Source: Candidatus Saccharimonadia bacterium (GTDB lineage Bacteria > Patescibacteriota > Saccharimonadia > UBA4664 > JBBRNT01). Taken from it: DNA of 64,000 bases. The DNA is taken from NCBI GenBank assembly GCA_038230095.1, contig JBBRNT010000001.1:48848-112847 (forward strand), written 5' to 3'. Both the position numbers and the translations under genes were made by a program. Positions 40,254 to 50,170 of this stretch are shown piece by piece. Numbering within the stretch: position 1 is the stretch's first letter; each line of letters begins with the position of its first letter. The notes beneath the pieces are model-generated. The model did not search any database. It saw only the letters and a list, made by a program, of their open reading frames with translations, and was not told the DNA's origin.

Positions 40254-41008
40254 AATCCCATACTCCGTTTCAGGGCCGGCCGAACTGGCTTCTGGATGCG
40301 CAGGCTAGGCTTACCAATGGATTGCTGTTGCTTGAGCGACTCAACAATCTCGCCGTCACGAACGTGGATGATGCGGTCGGTTTGCTCGGCAAGCTCGGGA
40401 TTGTGGGTGACCATAACTATGGTTGTGCCGCTGCGGTGGAGTTCGTGTAAGAGGTCCATGACGGCTTTGCTGGAGCGAGTATCTAGATTGCCGGTGGGCT
40501 CGTCAGCCAGGATGAGGCTGGGCTTATTGGCTAGCGCGCGAGCTATGGCTGCCCGTTGTGCTTGGCCACCGGAGATCTTGGACGGCCGGGACTTAGCGCG
40601 GTCCTTAATACCAACCAGGTCCAGTAGCTCTAGGGCTCGCTTGTGACGAGTACGGGCCGGGACGCCTGTGTAGATCATGGGTATCTCCACGTTCTGTAGG
40701 ACTGTCATGCGTAGAAGCAGATTAAAGCTCTGAAAGACAAAGCCAATCTTGTCTCGGCGGAGCTTGGCCAGATCACTATCTTTCTTGGTCGCAATTAGCT
40801 GCTCATCGAGCAAAAACTCGCCACTGGAGGGTACGTCGAGCAGGCCCAGGATGTTCATAAGTGTAGACTTACCTGACCCTGATGGCCCCATGATGGCCAC
40901 AAACTCGCCTTGGGCAATGACAAGATTAATATCTTGGAGGATGGGGGGCTCGCCTGGAGCTGCATCGGCAAAATGCTTGGTAATGTGGCGCAGCTCGATA
41001 ACGTTCAT
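40250..41008 (-). CDS. ABC transporter ATP-binding protein (LolD/MacB type)
   Basis: GPSGSGKST, ISGGQ, LADEPTGNLD. Confidence 0.96.
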   Translation of the reverse strand: MNVIELRHITKHFADAAPGEPPILQDINLVIAQGEFVAIMGPSGSGKSTLMNILGLLDVPSSGEFLLDEQLIATKKDSDLAKLRRDKIGFVFQSFNLLLRMTVLQNVEIPMIYTGVPARTRHKRALELLDLVGIKDRAKSRPSKISGGQAQRAAIARALANKPSLILADEPTGNLDTRSSKAVMDLLHELHRSGTTIVMVTHNPELAEQTDRIIHVRDGEIVESLKQQQSIGKPSLRIQKPVRPALKRSMGL

Positions 41009-41178
41009 GCTTATATTTTAGCTTAAACAAGCGATTTGGCATACCGCTTCTGGTTGACGGATGGGACTGTCAATAGTCCTTACCGCTTTGGCAATAATAA
41101 CGAAAACCGCCAGCTGGAGCCGGTCGCTTGCGCGACCAGCCCAGGGCTGGCGGTGAGTGAGAAACGGTCCTTCGCAGG

Positions 41179-42603
41179 TTAGCGCCGAAGGATAAGGTGG
41201 TTGTTGGCGTCGGTCCACATCTCCATGTAGGTCTTGGAGCAGGCACGCAACGAGGGGTTGCTAGCGTTGACGCAGACGGTATGGAGTAGGACGCCCCCGT
41301 GTAGCGCTAGGCTGATAAGCCCAGCGTCTTCGGCGCCTTGGCCATCAGTGAGTAGCAGGATTTCCGGCGTGTCGCCTTTACGGTGGGGCAGCCGGCGAAT
41401 GTCGTCGGCACCAGTGGTAATGGCACTCTGAATGTCTGTGCCGCCACCAAGGTTCGGGGGCACCATGAGCGCCGCAATGAGGCGGGCTTTGCCGACTTCG
41501 TCGGGAGCTTCCTGTAGTGCCCCAACCTGGCCGGTGAATGGACGATACAGGTACCGAGAGCCATCCTTCATGTGACAGCCAATGACGACGGACGCCAAGG
41601 CAATTTCCATGCAAATGCGGCGGTTATCGCAGCCTGCTTGCATGTTTGAAAGCGTGGATGGGCTCCAATCCATGAGGATGATCAGGTTCTGTCCCTTGGT
41701 GGCGTCAGGCACCCTGATCTTGCGCGAGTGAGTGACTGTCTTCTGATAGGGCTCCTGGCGCGTAACGGGCCGTTCCACCGTGGATGCCACTGGAGTCTCG
41801 ATCCGTTCTTGGTACTCAGAGACCAGTAGCTCTCGCTCGGCTACCTGGGGTGCCCAGAACTCTGTGGGTGTGCCCAAGAGTGCCAGGGGGATCTCGTCCA
41901 GCTCGGAGAAGCCTTCGATCTGTCGTAGTTCCTGGTCGTTGGTGGGGTAGGCGGCAGGTTCCCAGGAAGACGCGGTGGTGGTGATGGGGACGGGCTCGTT
42001 GTGCACCACGCTTCTGGTCCGTTCCACGACGACTGGCTCCTGAATAGTCACCTCTCTGGTAAGGTCGGGATTCTCCAGGTTGTAGTAGTCGATGACCGGG
42101 ATATTATGCATGGCATTGAGCTCGGCGATGAACTGGGGTACCAGATCTAGATCTGGCTTCAGCAGCACCGCGCTCCAGGCCGATGTGTTCATGGTGGCGA
42201 GCATTTCCACTAGCTCCTCGGTCTCACCGTCCATACGGCCAGGCAATGGCGCCTCGCCGCCCCATGGCTTGCCATCGCTTGATGTCTCTTGCTGTGACTT
42301 GGTTTGGTTCAGCTTAGGCAGCTGCACCAGGGGGTGGGGGCTGAAGAAGTGGGAGAACCGTTCCTGCCAACGCCGATGTGGCGAGACATTGGTTCGGGTG
42401 CGTAGATCGTAGACAGTGCCTGATTCATTCAGATTGTCTTGGACCTGGGTTACCGCCTCTTCGTAGGTGGGGTAGAAGCCGGCTGGCTTGCCCTCGTAGT
42501 CGAAGACTGCGAAGGGGCCATCACCATGGTCATCGGGCTTGGGGCTACGAATTAGCCACTTGCCAATGCCGATAGTGCGTTGAAAACGCTGTCCGACGTT
42601 CAT
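41179..42603 (-). CDS. vWA-domain protein (ViaA-like)
   Basis: MIDAS DWSPS, GGGTDI, LLLTDG; ATGA overlap with the AAA+ gene. Confidence 0.82.
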   Translation of the reverse strand: MNVGQRFQRTIGIGKWLIRSPKPDDHGDGPFAVFDYEGKPAGFYPTYEEAVTQVQDNLNESGTVYDLRTRTNVSPHRRWQERFSHFFSPHPLVQLPKLNQTKSQQETSSDGKPWGGEAPLPGRMDGETEELVEMLATMNTSAWSAVLLKPDLDLVPQFIAELNAMHNIPVIDYYNLENPDLTREVTIQEPVVVERTRSVVHNEPVPITTTASSWEPAAYPTNDQELRQIEGFSELDEIPLALLGTPTEFWAPQVAERELLVSEYQERIETPVASTVERPVTRQEPYQKTVTHSRKIRVPDATKGQNLIILMDWSPSTLSNMQAGCDNRRICMEIALASVVIGCHMKDGSRYLYRPFTGQVGALQEAPDEVGKARLIAALMVPPNLGGGTDIQSAITTGADDIRRLPHRKGDTPEILLLTDGQGAEDAGLISLALHGGVLLHTVCVNASNPSLRACSKTYMEMWTDANNHLILRR

Positions 42604-43871
42604 GAAACTTCGGGCCAATCTTGCGTGAGCGACATGGTGCTGTCATTTGCCGGTGCCAGCAGCGGAAGCTCAGCACGGAGCTCCTGCATGATGGCCTGGT
42701 TGGTGGCATGTCCACGACGGGACTTGCCCAACCATTCCTGGATCTGGAGGGCGCCCCAGGTGGGGGCCTGCCCGGCAACCACATTGACAGCATGGGAGTT
42801 TTGGCCAGCTTCGTCGCGGAGCGTGTGCATACCCTCGGCCAGCCTCCCAAGTGTTTCGGTTTGCTTGATGTCGTCGGCACGAGTAGGAATGGTGGCGCGA
42901 CAGGTCTCGCTCCAGAGGGCTTCTAGCTCGGGGTTGGCGCCAATAGTGAGCAAGCCATACTCGTAGGTGTGGATGTCTGGGAACACGGTGTGATCGCGGC
43001 CATGCAGCACAGCATTGGCCCGCGACAGATTGAGTAGAAACGCATCGGTGCGTTGCGACAGCGGCGCCAGAACCGCCCCGATTTCATCAGGGGTTGGTTC
43101 ACGGCGCAAGGTGGGTTCCAGCTGCTCGCGGACCAGTGCTTCGGCCTGCGGCATGAAGGTGGCCAGGATGTGGGTGTGGAGCAGTCGGTAGCCCTCGCTC
43201 ATGACTATGCCGCCCTCTGAAGGGCTGGCGTTGGCCAGTGCTCGCATTTCCGCGAGGCCACCGTAGTCCAGCTTGGGGAGCTGGTGCGCGCGCTTTTCCA
43301 GGTAGTTGTCGGTCAGGCCCAGCTTGTCGATGTAGTTGGTAACAGGCGTAGCGCGGATCTTTACCAGGAAACGCTCCATGACGGCCTTGATGGCTTCCGT
43401 CAGGCGACGGAAGTTGGTGGTGGCAATCACGGTATGCAGCGGTATGTGCAGGATGGGATCGTCTTTGGACATGTAGATGCGCTCGTTCAGAACATTGAGC
43501 AGGGCACCGCGCAGGATCATATCCGGCAGGTCAAATAGCTCGTCCAGGAAGGCGAAGCCCGCGGTGAGTAGGCCGCCTTCAATATTACGAACTTGCTTGC
43601 CTTTCTCGATCATGAGGCTGACAATGAGCTGCCCAAACATGTCCTCGAGCTTGGTCATGGCAGAGACGCCGAGCCGGAAGATGGGTACGTCGGTGAACAT
43701 GGAAAAGGTGGAGACGGCAAGCTCGCTCTTGCCATTGCCAGCTTTGCCCTCAATGAGGACGTGTTGGCCGGCAACGAGCGCCAGGCTAATGCCCGGAACC
43801 GCGCGCCGGTAGCTGATAAACCCTTGCGCGACTTCCGACATTGCTACGGCGAATTCTTCACGGTACTGCAT
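42600..43871 (-). CDS. MoxR/RavA-like AAA+ ATPase
   Basis: Walker A GKAGNGKS, Walker B FAFLDE, LLNVLNER, ATTN, ERF. Confidence 0.88.
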   Translation of the reverse strand: MQYREEFAVAMSEVAQGFISYRRAVPGISLALVAGQHVLIEGKAGNGKSELAVSTFSMFTDVPIFRLGVSAMTKLEDMFGQLIVSLMIEKGKQVRNIEGGLLTAGFAFLDELFDLPDMILRGALLNVLNERIYMSKDDPILHIPLHTVIATTNFRRLTEAIKAVMERFLVKIRATPVTNYIDKLGLTDNYLEKRAHQLPKLDYGGLAEMRALANASPSEGGIVMSEGYRLLHTHILATFMPQAEALVREQLEPTLRREPTPDEIGAVLAPLSQRTDAFLLNLSRANAVLHGRDHTVFPDIHTYEYGLLTIGANPELEALWSETCRATIPTRADDIKQTETLGRLAEGMHTLRDEAGQNSHAVNVVAGQAPTWGALQIQEWLGKSRRGHATNQAIMQELRAELPLLAPANDSTMSLTQDWPEVS

Positions 43872-44060
43872 GGTTATTGTCCTAACTTGTCGAGGATCTC
43901 TGCGAAGACGGTTCGCGGATGCCGGAGGGAATGCCTCATGGTCAGCCCCAGCAGATGCTGGGGCGGGGTAGAGGGATTCCTGGGGGTGGGTCGATTGCTC
44001 GACCCACCCCCAAAGGAGACTGTCGTTACGGGACAAGCGTGGAGGAAGGAGAAGCTGCTC

Positions 44061-44279
44061 CTAGTAGCCGGTGAAGGCGGTGACGTAGACTGTCCGCGGC
44101 TCGGCGGACTCAACTACGAGCACCTGAATACCCTTGAGGATAACCTCTTGGCCGTCGTACGGGTGGGCGAAGAATGCCTCGCTACCACCGCGAACGCTCA
44201 AGGTGACCTCCCCTGTAATGCCGGGAGCGACTTGGCCAGTGACCCGGCCAATCTTCCCGATCAGGGAACTAATGGCCAT
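44061..44279 (-). CDS. NfeD-like OB-fold protein (short, no TM)
   Basis: LIGKIGRVTG..GEV..VRGGSE..VLVV..PRTVYV; RBS AGGAGG; downstream of flotillin. Confidence 0.8.
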   Translation of the reverse strand: MAISSLIGKIGRVTGQVAPGITGEVTLSVRGGSEAFFAHPYDGQEVILKGIQVLVVESAEPRTVYVTAFTGY

Positions 44280-45714
44280 CAGTACCTCCTGTGGTATCGG
44301 CGCCGGCGGTTGCAGCATCGGGTGCGGGCGTAGGGGCGGCAGCTGCAACAGCCTTCGGCATGAACATGCCCCTGAGCAGTTCGAAGCCAGCCATGCCGGT
44401 GGAAGCCACCTGCATGAGTGCACCGTTGACTCCTTCGGCGCCGTTGAGCACCGTGAAGTTGTCGACATGAGCAAAAGCACTGGCAGCCTGGCCGACAATG
44501 TCTGCCCAGTTTTCGGCCAGCTGTTGCATGGCAACGGCTTCCGGATTGGTGGCCAGAGCCTCGGCACGAGCCTTGATAGCGGCTGCCTCAGCCAAACCGC
44601 GGGCCTCGATAGCCGCACCTTCTGCCTTACCTTTGGCCTCAGTGGCGTCGGCTTCGGCCTGACCCGTCAGACGGGTGGCTGCGGCCTCAGCCTCGGCAGC
44701 GAGGGTGATGCGCTTGGCATTACCCTGAGCTGTCAGTTCGGCGACCCGGCTGGTGGCCTCGGCGGCGGCAATATCGGCATCGCGCTTGGCCTCGGCCGGG
44801 CGGATGACGCTGGCAACCAGGCGCTGTTGCTCGCGTCCAGCTTCGAGTTCCGCAGCGCGGGTCTCTTGCTCGACGACGGCTTGGCGGGCCTGGGCTTCGG
44901 CCAGTGGGCCAGCCTGGGCGGCTTCCTGCTGGGCGCGGTCGCGCTCGGCCTGGAAGCCCGCTTGCTTGATGGCTGAGTCGCGCTCGGCCTCGGCCTTGAG
45001 GGCGTTGGCCTCTTGCTCACGCTGGGTGGCCTCGCGGTCGGCGTCGGCCTGAGCGATGCGAGCAGCACTCTGGACGGCGGCGGTGTGGGGCTTGGCCAGG
45101 TTGGCGATGTAGCCGGTCGGGTCATCGATCTCCTGGATCTGCAGCGAGTCGACGACGAGTCCCAACTTGACCATCTCGGTACCTGAGGCATCGCGGGTCT
45201 TGGTGGTCAGCTGCTCGCGGTCGCGGATCATGTCTTCCACCGTCATGCTGCCGACGATGCTGCGCAAGTGGCCGGCGAAGACGTTGTGAACTCGTTGGTC
45301 CATCTTGTCCTGCTGGTCGAGGAAGCGCCGGGCGGCGTTGGTGATGCTGGTGGGGTCGTCGCCGATCTTGTAGATGACCGTGCCTTGGACGTGGACGGGA
45401 ATGCCTTGGGCGGTGACGCAGTCGACAACGAGGTCGGCCTGGTGCAGGTCGAGCGACAGCCGACGGACGGCTTGGACGCCTGGCAAGACCAAGGTGCCCT
45501 TGCCGGTGACGATGCGGAAACCCATCTCGTCGCCGGTGGAATCCTTGACGGTTCCTTTCTTACTAAGTCCTGAGATGATCAGAGCTTCGTTGGGCTCGGC
45601 GACCCGCCACATGGCCTTGAACAGCAGGATGAGCACGATGATGATCGCAACCACTCCTATGACCGGGTAGGCAAAGACCGGGATCTTGGCCAGTTGACTG
45701 ATTGCTGCGTTCAC
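44269..45714 (-). CDS. Flotillin/SPFH domain protein
   Basis: N-terminal TM, PNEALIISG, HLRSIVGSMTVE, Ala/Glu coiled-coil repeats. Confidence 0.93.
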   Translation of the reverse strand: MNAAISQLAKIPVFAYPVIGVVAIIIVLILLFKAMWRVAEPNEALIISGLSKKGTVKDSTGDEMGFRIVTGKGTLVLPGVQAVRRLSLDLHQADLVVDCVTAQGIPVHVQGTVIYKIGDDPTSITNAARRFLDQQDKMDQRVHNVFAGHLRSIVGSMTVEDMIRDREQLTTKTRDASGTEMVKLGLVVDSLQIQEIDDPTGYIANLAKPHTAAVQSAARIAQADADREATQREQEANALKAEAERDSAIKQAGFQAERDRAQQEAAQAGPLAEAQARQAVVEQETRAAELEAGREQQRLVASVIRPAEAKRDADIAAAEATSRVAELTAQGNAKRITLAAEAEAAATRLTGQAEADATEAKGKAEGAAIEARGLAEAAAIKARAEALATNPEAVAMQQLAENWADIVGQAASAFAHVDNFTVLNGAEGVNGALMQVASTGMAGFELLRGMFMPKAVAAAAPTPAPDAATAGADTTGGTDGH

Positions 45715-46044
45715 AGCTTCTCCTTGTGGGGTACAAACGGTATACGGCCCGCTATGCCGGAGGGAGTACCTCATAGCAACGCTCAATAGAATTGAGAATC
45801 GGCGAGAGATAGTCCAGATAGGACAAGATATTTATTAATAACATTTTTATGTTGTTTGGTCAACGTTTACCATCTGATAAGCCTAGCATAATGTGGGTTG
45901 CGGTATACTAGACCTGCCGCTGTCAGTCGTTTCGTAGACTGCCTGACAGTTGGTGAGGCGTCCGCCGGGAGCGGGCTGGAGTAATCCAGTCCCGCCCCCG
46001 AGCGGCGTTTTTAGTTGTGACGTAACTAACGTTGATTGGAAATA

Positions 46045-46719
46045 CTAGCCTCCGGTTGTAGGAGTGGTCCCTTCCGTGCTTGGTGGGACTGTGTTGGTAG
46101 TGATGCCACCATTGGCTGTGGAGCTGACGCCCCCGGCGCTGACGCTGGGCTTAGCCGTCGATGCATCGTAGATGATGAGCGGCTTGGTGGTGAGGTTCAG
46201 CGGTGAGTCCGACTCCAGGTACAAGCCATTCCACTTGATCTCTACACCTTCGGTGGTGAAGAAACCAATGCCGTCTGGCTCTGGTCCCCAGGTGGCATTG
46301 TCACCCGGCGACTTTGTAGCAACGGCGTTACCGCAATTGTTGCCACAACCAGAGTAGTTCAGCTTGTCCTCGGTGGTCATCTGGCTGTTGAGGCTGAAGA
46401 CCATCCCCTGGATGGTGAACTGGGTGATGGGTTGGCCATTCACGTTGAGCAAGGTCACGTACGCAAGACGGTTCTTGTCGTTCTGCCGCAGGAGATTCTC
46501 CTTGAGCAGGGTACGCTCCAGCCAGCCACCTTTAATCATCTCTGCAGATGGGTAGGGCACCTGGGCTTCGGCCGCTTTCTGGTAGTTCTCGACAACTTGT
46601 TGACTGGTCTGCTGACTGTCAGCGGGAGTGGTGGGTCCGTCGCTGACGCAGGCTGCGAGCAGTAAGACGCTGGCCATACCGACGGCCAAGTACCTCAGGG
46701 TGGATTGGAAACGGTTCAT
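46045..46719 (-). CDS. Putative lipoprotein
   Basis: Lipobox LLAAC; conserved-looking SPGDNATWG..DGIGFFTTEG segment. Confidence 0.7.
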   Translation of the reverse strand: MNRFQSTLRYLAVGMASVLLLAACVSDGPTTPADSQQTSQQVVENYQKAAEAQVPYPSAEMIKGGWLERTLLKENLLRQNDKNRLAYVTLLNVNGQPITQFTIQGMVFSLNSQMTTEDKLNYSGCGNNCGNAVATKSPGDNATWGPEPDGIGFFTTEGVEIKWNGLYLESDSPLNLTTKPLIIYDASTAKPSVSAGGVSSTANGGITTNTVPPSTEGTTPTTGG

Positions 46720-46755
46720 TGTGGATTCCTTTCGGGGTTGGTGGGTTGAACCGGA

Positions 46756-47312
46756 TTACTTGCTACCGACACAATCGAAGTCGCTGAAAGCGGCCTGATT
46801 GCTGGTGAACACGGGGTCTGTGGCGACAATCTTGTAGGGCAGATCGGCGTCGCGGAAGTCCCGGGCGGTGTACTGCTCAGTTGAAGCGTTGTACTCGCCG
46901 ACCACGCGGCGACACTGCTGTTGCAGGCCGGTGACGGTGGTTTGCAGGTTGGTTTGCTGCTCGGCCAGCGGATCGTAGGCGGTACCGTTGCCGACGGTGG
47001 GGTGCTGCCTGTTGAAGGCATCCAGGGTGGCTTGGGCGTCGCTGAGACGCTGGTCGAGTGAGCGGATGGACTCAAAGTTGTCGTGGTACTGAGCCTGTGC
47101 CTCGATGCGGTTGGTGGCACTGTTCTTAATGATGGCAGCGTCGCCTCGGCCCTTGGTGTTGCTCGTAGCCACATTGAACCCCCAGATCCCAACGGGATGA
47201 GAATAGATGCGGCTACCACGGCTACAATGGTCCAGATGGCCCAACGGCGGCCGGTGCGAACGAGTTCGCGGTCGGACACCTCGGCAAAATTGCCCTTGTC
47301 GTCGTACTTCAC
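46756..47312 (-). pseudogene. Membrane-anchored exported protein split by a one-base frameshift near 47190 (or a sequencing error)
   Basis: RBS GAAAGG-GTG frame gives the N-terminus and TM. The coiled-coil/YNA..F..LP C-terminus lies in another frame. Confidence 0.65.
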
Positions 47313-47539
47313 GGTATTTCCTTTCAATTGTTCAGGTACTGCAACGAATCAGTCGTTGCCACTGCGGTGGAGTTGTTGCTCCCCCGTCGCTGAGATGAAT
47401 TCAAGTTTCTCGGCGATAGGAGAGTAAGTAGCTGCTTTTGGGTGAAAAAATACCCCCAGGTCTTGGACAGGCTTTAGGCTAAACCTGTGACGTGGGGGTG
47501 AACTTTTCGATACCGATAGCTAATTAAACTGTATTTATC

Positions 47540-47568
47540 ATTATAGGACACTTTTCTAGTTTGTCAAG
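47540..47568 (-). promoter_or_regulatory. Consensus sigma70 promoter for the minus-strand island
   Basis: Reverse complement reads TTGACA-N17-TATAAT. Confidence 0.8.
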
Positions 47569-47639
47569 CCCCTCTTGATTTGGCTTAAGGAAGCCAATAT
47601 TGGCAAGGAGCCAAATTTGTAGTATCGTGTCTTGGTTAT

Positions 47640-47728
47640 GGAGAGGTCGCATAGTTGGCCTAGTGCGCACGCTTGGAAAGCGTGTATGGGGCAACCCATC
47701 GAGAGTTCGAATCTCTCCCTCTCCGCCA
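47640..47728 (+). tRNA. tRNA-Ser(GGA)
   Basis: TT-GGA-AA loop, variable arm, GTTCGAATC, CCA. Confidence 0.95.
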
Positions 47729-47780
47729 AGAAAAGACCCTGACGAAAGTTGGGGTTTTTTCTTGGGCAGGGATAGATGTT

Positions 47781-47885
47781 ATGAGAACTCTCGGGGGAGT
47801 TCGGCATAGGGCGATCACGCGCAGGAGCTGGCCCCGAGCATGTGAGACCGGAGAAGGGCTTTGCCCGCTCTTTCCCTCTCCGCCA
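47781..47885 (+). repeat. tRNA-linked structured element followed by a 17-nt duplicate of the tRNA 3' end
   Basis: Homologous to 6290-6399. 47869-47885 matches 47712-47728 with one mismatch. Confidence 0.85.
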
Positions 47886-47919
47886 AAGCAGCGCCCCAAG
47901 CTAGTCTCGGGGCGCTGCT

Positions 47920-48990
47920 TTATTGGTTCAGCCTAAGCTCTGTTTTGCCCACTGGCTTGAGCGAATCAACCATCTTGATGAGTTCCGGAAGGAACGATGG
48001 GTTGTAGGCCATCCCGTTTACGCTATCGAATGATAAGGCGATGATGGTGTCGCTACGCACTAGATAGAAGCTGTGGTTTTGCGAGCGGGTGGCGGGGGTG
48101 CTGTAGAGCGTGTAGCCACCCGGGGTAACGACCGGGGTAGGGCAGGGAGGATAGACGCTGGGGTAGTGGTAATTTGTCCCAATGCCATCACCTAGCTCAA
48201 TGGCGAAGAAGATATGGTTAACATCGCAGTTAGTGGGTGGCTTTATGGCTGCCGCGTAGCTGTCGAGCATTTTCCCGACGGCAAAGGCTATGGACTGGCG
48301 CCGGCCCGGCCCATCGAGGTGCGCCTGCAGGCTTGGTTGGTAGCTTGACACGGAGGATAGCTTTGGATCTCTGATAGTAAAGCCGGTCGGCAGGTAGCCT
48401 GGTAAATAGGGCTGGAAATTAATGCGCCTAAGATTGTCGGCCTGTGTGGCCGTTTCTTTGATAGCTCTTTGCTGCCTGGCGCTACTTTCCAGGGTGGCAA
48501 TTACATTGCTGGCGCTACCAAGTGCAACGATTGATACAATAATGAGCAACAGGTGAGTCCTTAGGCTGGTGGTTGCGCTATGGAGTAAGGCATAGGCAAG
48601 ACCATAGGTGGCGGCATTGATAACAACTAATAGTGCTAGATAAACAATCGGCGAAGTGGCTTGGAGCCAACTGCCGGATACAGATAAGTAGAGCATGATG
48701 CTCGCGGCGCCCGACATAACAAATGCTCCCCGGTAGCGAAGCATGCGTAGCGCAAAGCCAGTAACCAAGAAGGCCCCGACAAACGATGCACCAATGAGCA
48801 GGGGGGCTACAACAAGGCCAATGGCAAGCCCAGAAAGGCCGCTAAACAGACTACCACTCTGGCGGATTGCCACGTTGGCAATGAGAATACGTAGCCCAAC
48901 GAGTATGCCTATTCCGAGCGGCGATAGGGCGAGGAGTAAGCGCCATCCAGGCTGGGGCTGTGTGGGCGGTGGATTGGTTGGCAGGCTCAT
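47920..48990 (-). CDS. Membrane protein with extracellular C-terminal domain
   Basis: Five TMs, then FQPYLPGYLPTGF and a Cys pair. Confidence 0.65.
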   Translation of the reverse strand: MSLPTNPPPTQPQPGWRLLLALSPLGIGILVGLRILIANVAIRQSGSLFSGLSGLAIGLVVAPLLIGASFVGAFLVTGFALRMLRYRGAFVMSGAASIMLYLSVSGSWLQATSPIVYLALLVVINAATYGLAYALLHSATTSLRTHLLLIIVSIVALGSASNVIATLESSARQQRAIKETATQADNLRRINFQPYLPGYLPTGFTIRDPKLSSVSSYQPSLQAHLDGPGRRQSIAFAVGKMLDSYAAAIKPPTNCDVNHIFFAIELGDGIGTNYHYPSVYPPCPTPVVTPGGYTLYSTPATRSQNHSFYLVRSDTIIALSFDSVNGMAYNPSFLPELIKMVDSLKPVGKTELRLNQ

Positions 48991-49091
48991 GGAGATAGTA
49001 TATAGCGCGTGGATAAACATAACCACAGTAGGCGTATATTGACGCGATAGAACTTCAGCTATGTAATAGAGGCATAACTGTGGAGTCGGTC

Positions 49092-49406
49092 ATGAAGGGT
49101 TTTATCGAGTTTGTGCGCAAGGCTGGGGTGATTGGTCTGGCGGTAGCATTTATCCTGGGCGCAGCTATTACCAAGATTGTGACGTCGCTCGTCGAAGACA
49201 TTATTAATCCCATAATTGGTATTATTCTTGGCAGGGTTAATCTGGCTAGCCTGTCGATAGACATTGGTGACGCACATATAAAGTATGGCTCGTTTATTGG
49301 GCATGTTATTGATTTCATGATTGTGGCAGCGGTGGTGTACTTCGGTGTCTCCGCGCTCAAGCTAGATAAGCTAGACAAAAAGGAAGAGGAAAAAGCTGCT
49401 GAATAG
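49092..49406 (+). CDS. mscL: Large-conductance mechanosensitive channel
   Basis: VIGLAVAFILGAA...SLVEDIINP...YGSFI. Confidence 0.93.
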   Translation: MKGFIEFVRKAGVIGLAVAFILGAAITKIVTSLVEDIINPIIGIILGRVNLASLSIDIGDAHIKYGSFIGHVIDFMIVAAVVYFGVSALKLDKLDKKEEEKAAE

Positions 49407-49523
49407 TTAAATAGTATTGACAAATAGGCCATAATAGTATATTATGGCCTATTCTTTGTGTTGGTCATGTATGACGACGAAGGATGAACCTACCCGACAG
49501 ATTGAGTACCCTTGGAGGGATCA

Positions 49524-49904
49524 ATGAAGAAGAGCACGACCATCCGCACTACCATGACCGGTAAGCCGGTCACGAAGGCCAAGCGACCAATCAACGTTCG
49601 CCGTTGGCGGATGGAACACGGTTACTGCGAGCGCAGTCGCCGCGAAGGCGATCGCAGTATGCTGCACAGCATTGAGGTCGGCGTCCTGCGCCACCACTGG
49701 CTCATGGCCCGTCAGAGCATGGCCGAGTCACTGCCCGAGCTGATGGCTGCGCAGGCCGACGGTCGCCTGGTGACCCCTGGCAAGAGCCGCCGCCGTGACG
49801 TGTTCATTCAATTCGACTGCCCCTGCGGCGACATCTACACGGTGGAGATCGTCGATGGGGTGGCCCACGTGAAGCGCGTCCGCCGCAACGTGGCGATGCG
49901 CTAG
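49524..49904 (+). CDS. Basic hypothetical protein with a CPCG motif
   Basis: RBS GGAGG, upstream TTGACA promoter, downstream hairpin. Confidence 0.6.
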   Translation: MKKSTTIRTTMTGKPVTKAKRPINVRRWRMEHGYCERSRREGDRSMLHSIEVGVLRHHWLMARQSMAESLPELMAAQADGRLVTPGKSRRRDVFIQFDCPCGDIYTVEIVDGVAHVKRVRRNVAMR

Positions 49905-50015
49905 CCCCGGTAGGTTCTAGGACCGGTATTTGCACAACATTGTGCATTGCCGGTCCTTTGACTTTCTACCCAAGAAAACATTGACAGAGCATAACAAGCA
50001 TAGTAAAGTGTGTTT

Positions 50016-50170
50016 ATGCGTAGAGCATCTATATTCAAGTCAACCAATATTTCGCATATGTCGTGGGCCTATCTGGCCGGCGATACCTTTGCGTACGACT
50101 TGTCTTGTAATGCTTAACCTCACCATCTAGCTGATCCAGACAAGTCTCCGAGCACACGGAGGCTTTTTTG
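50016..50170 (+). promoter_or_regulatory. Putative leader-peptide attenuator
   Basis: 33-aa uORF at 50016-50117, terminator at 50142-50170, and a competing anti-terminator pairing. Confidence 0.55.

Noticed and set aside
44134-44976. Long antisense ORFs over flotillin, the ABC permease and the AAA+ gene
   Set aside because: Shadow frames of GC-rich genes with no recognisable motifs.
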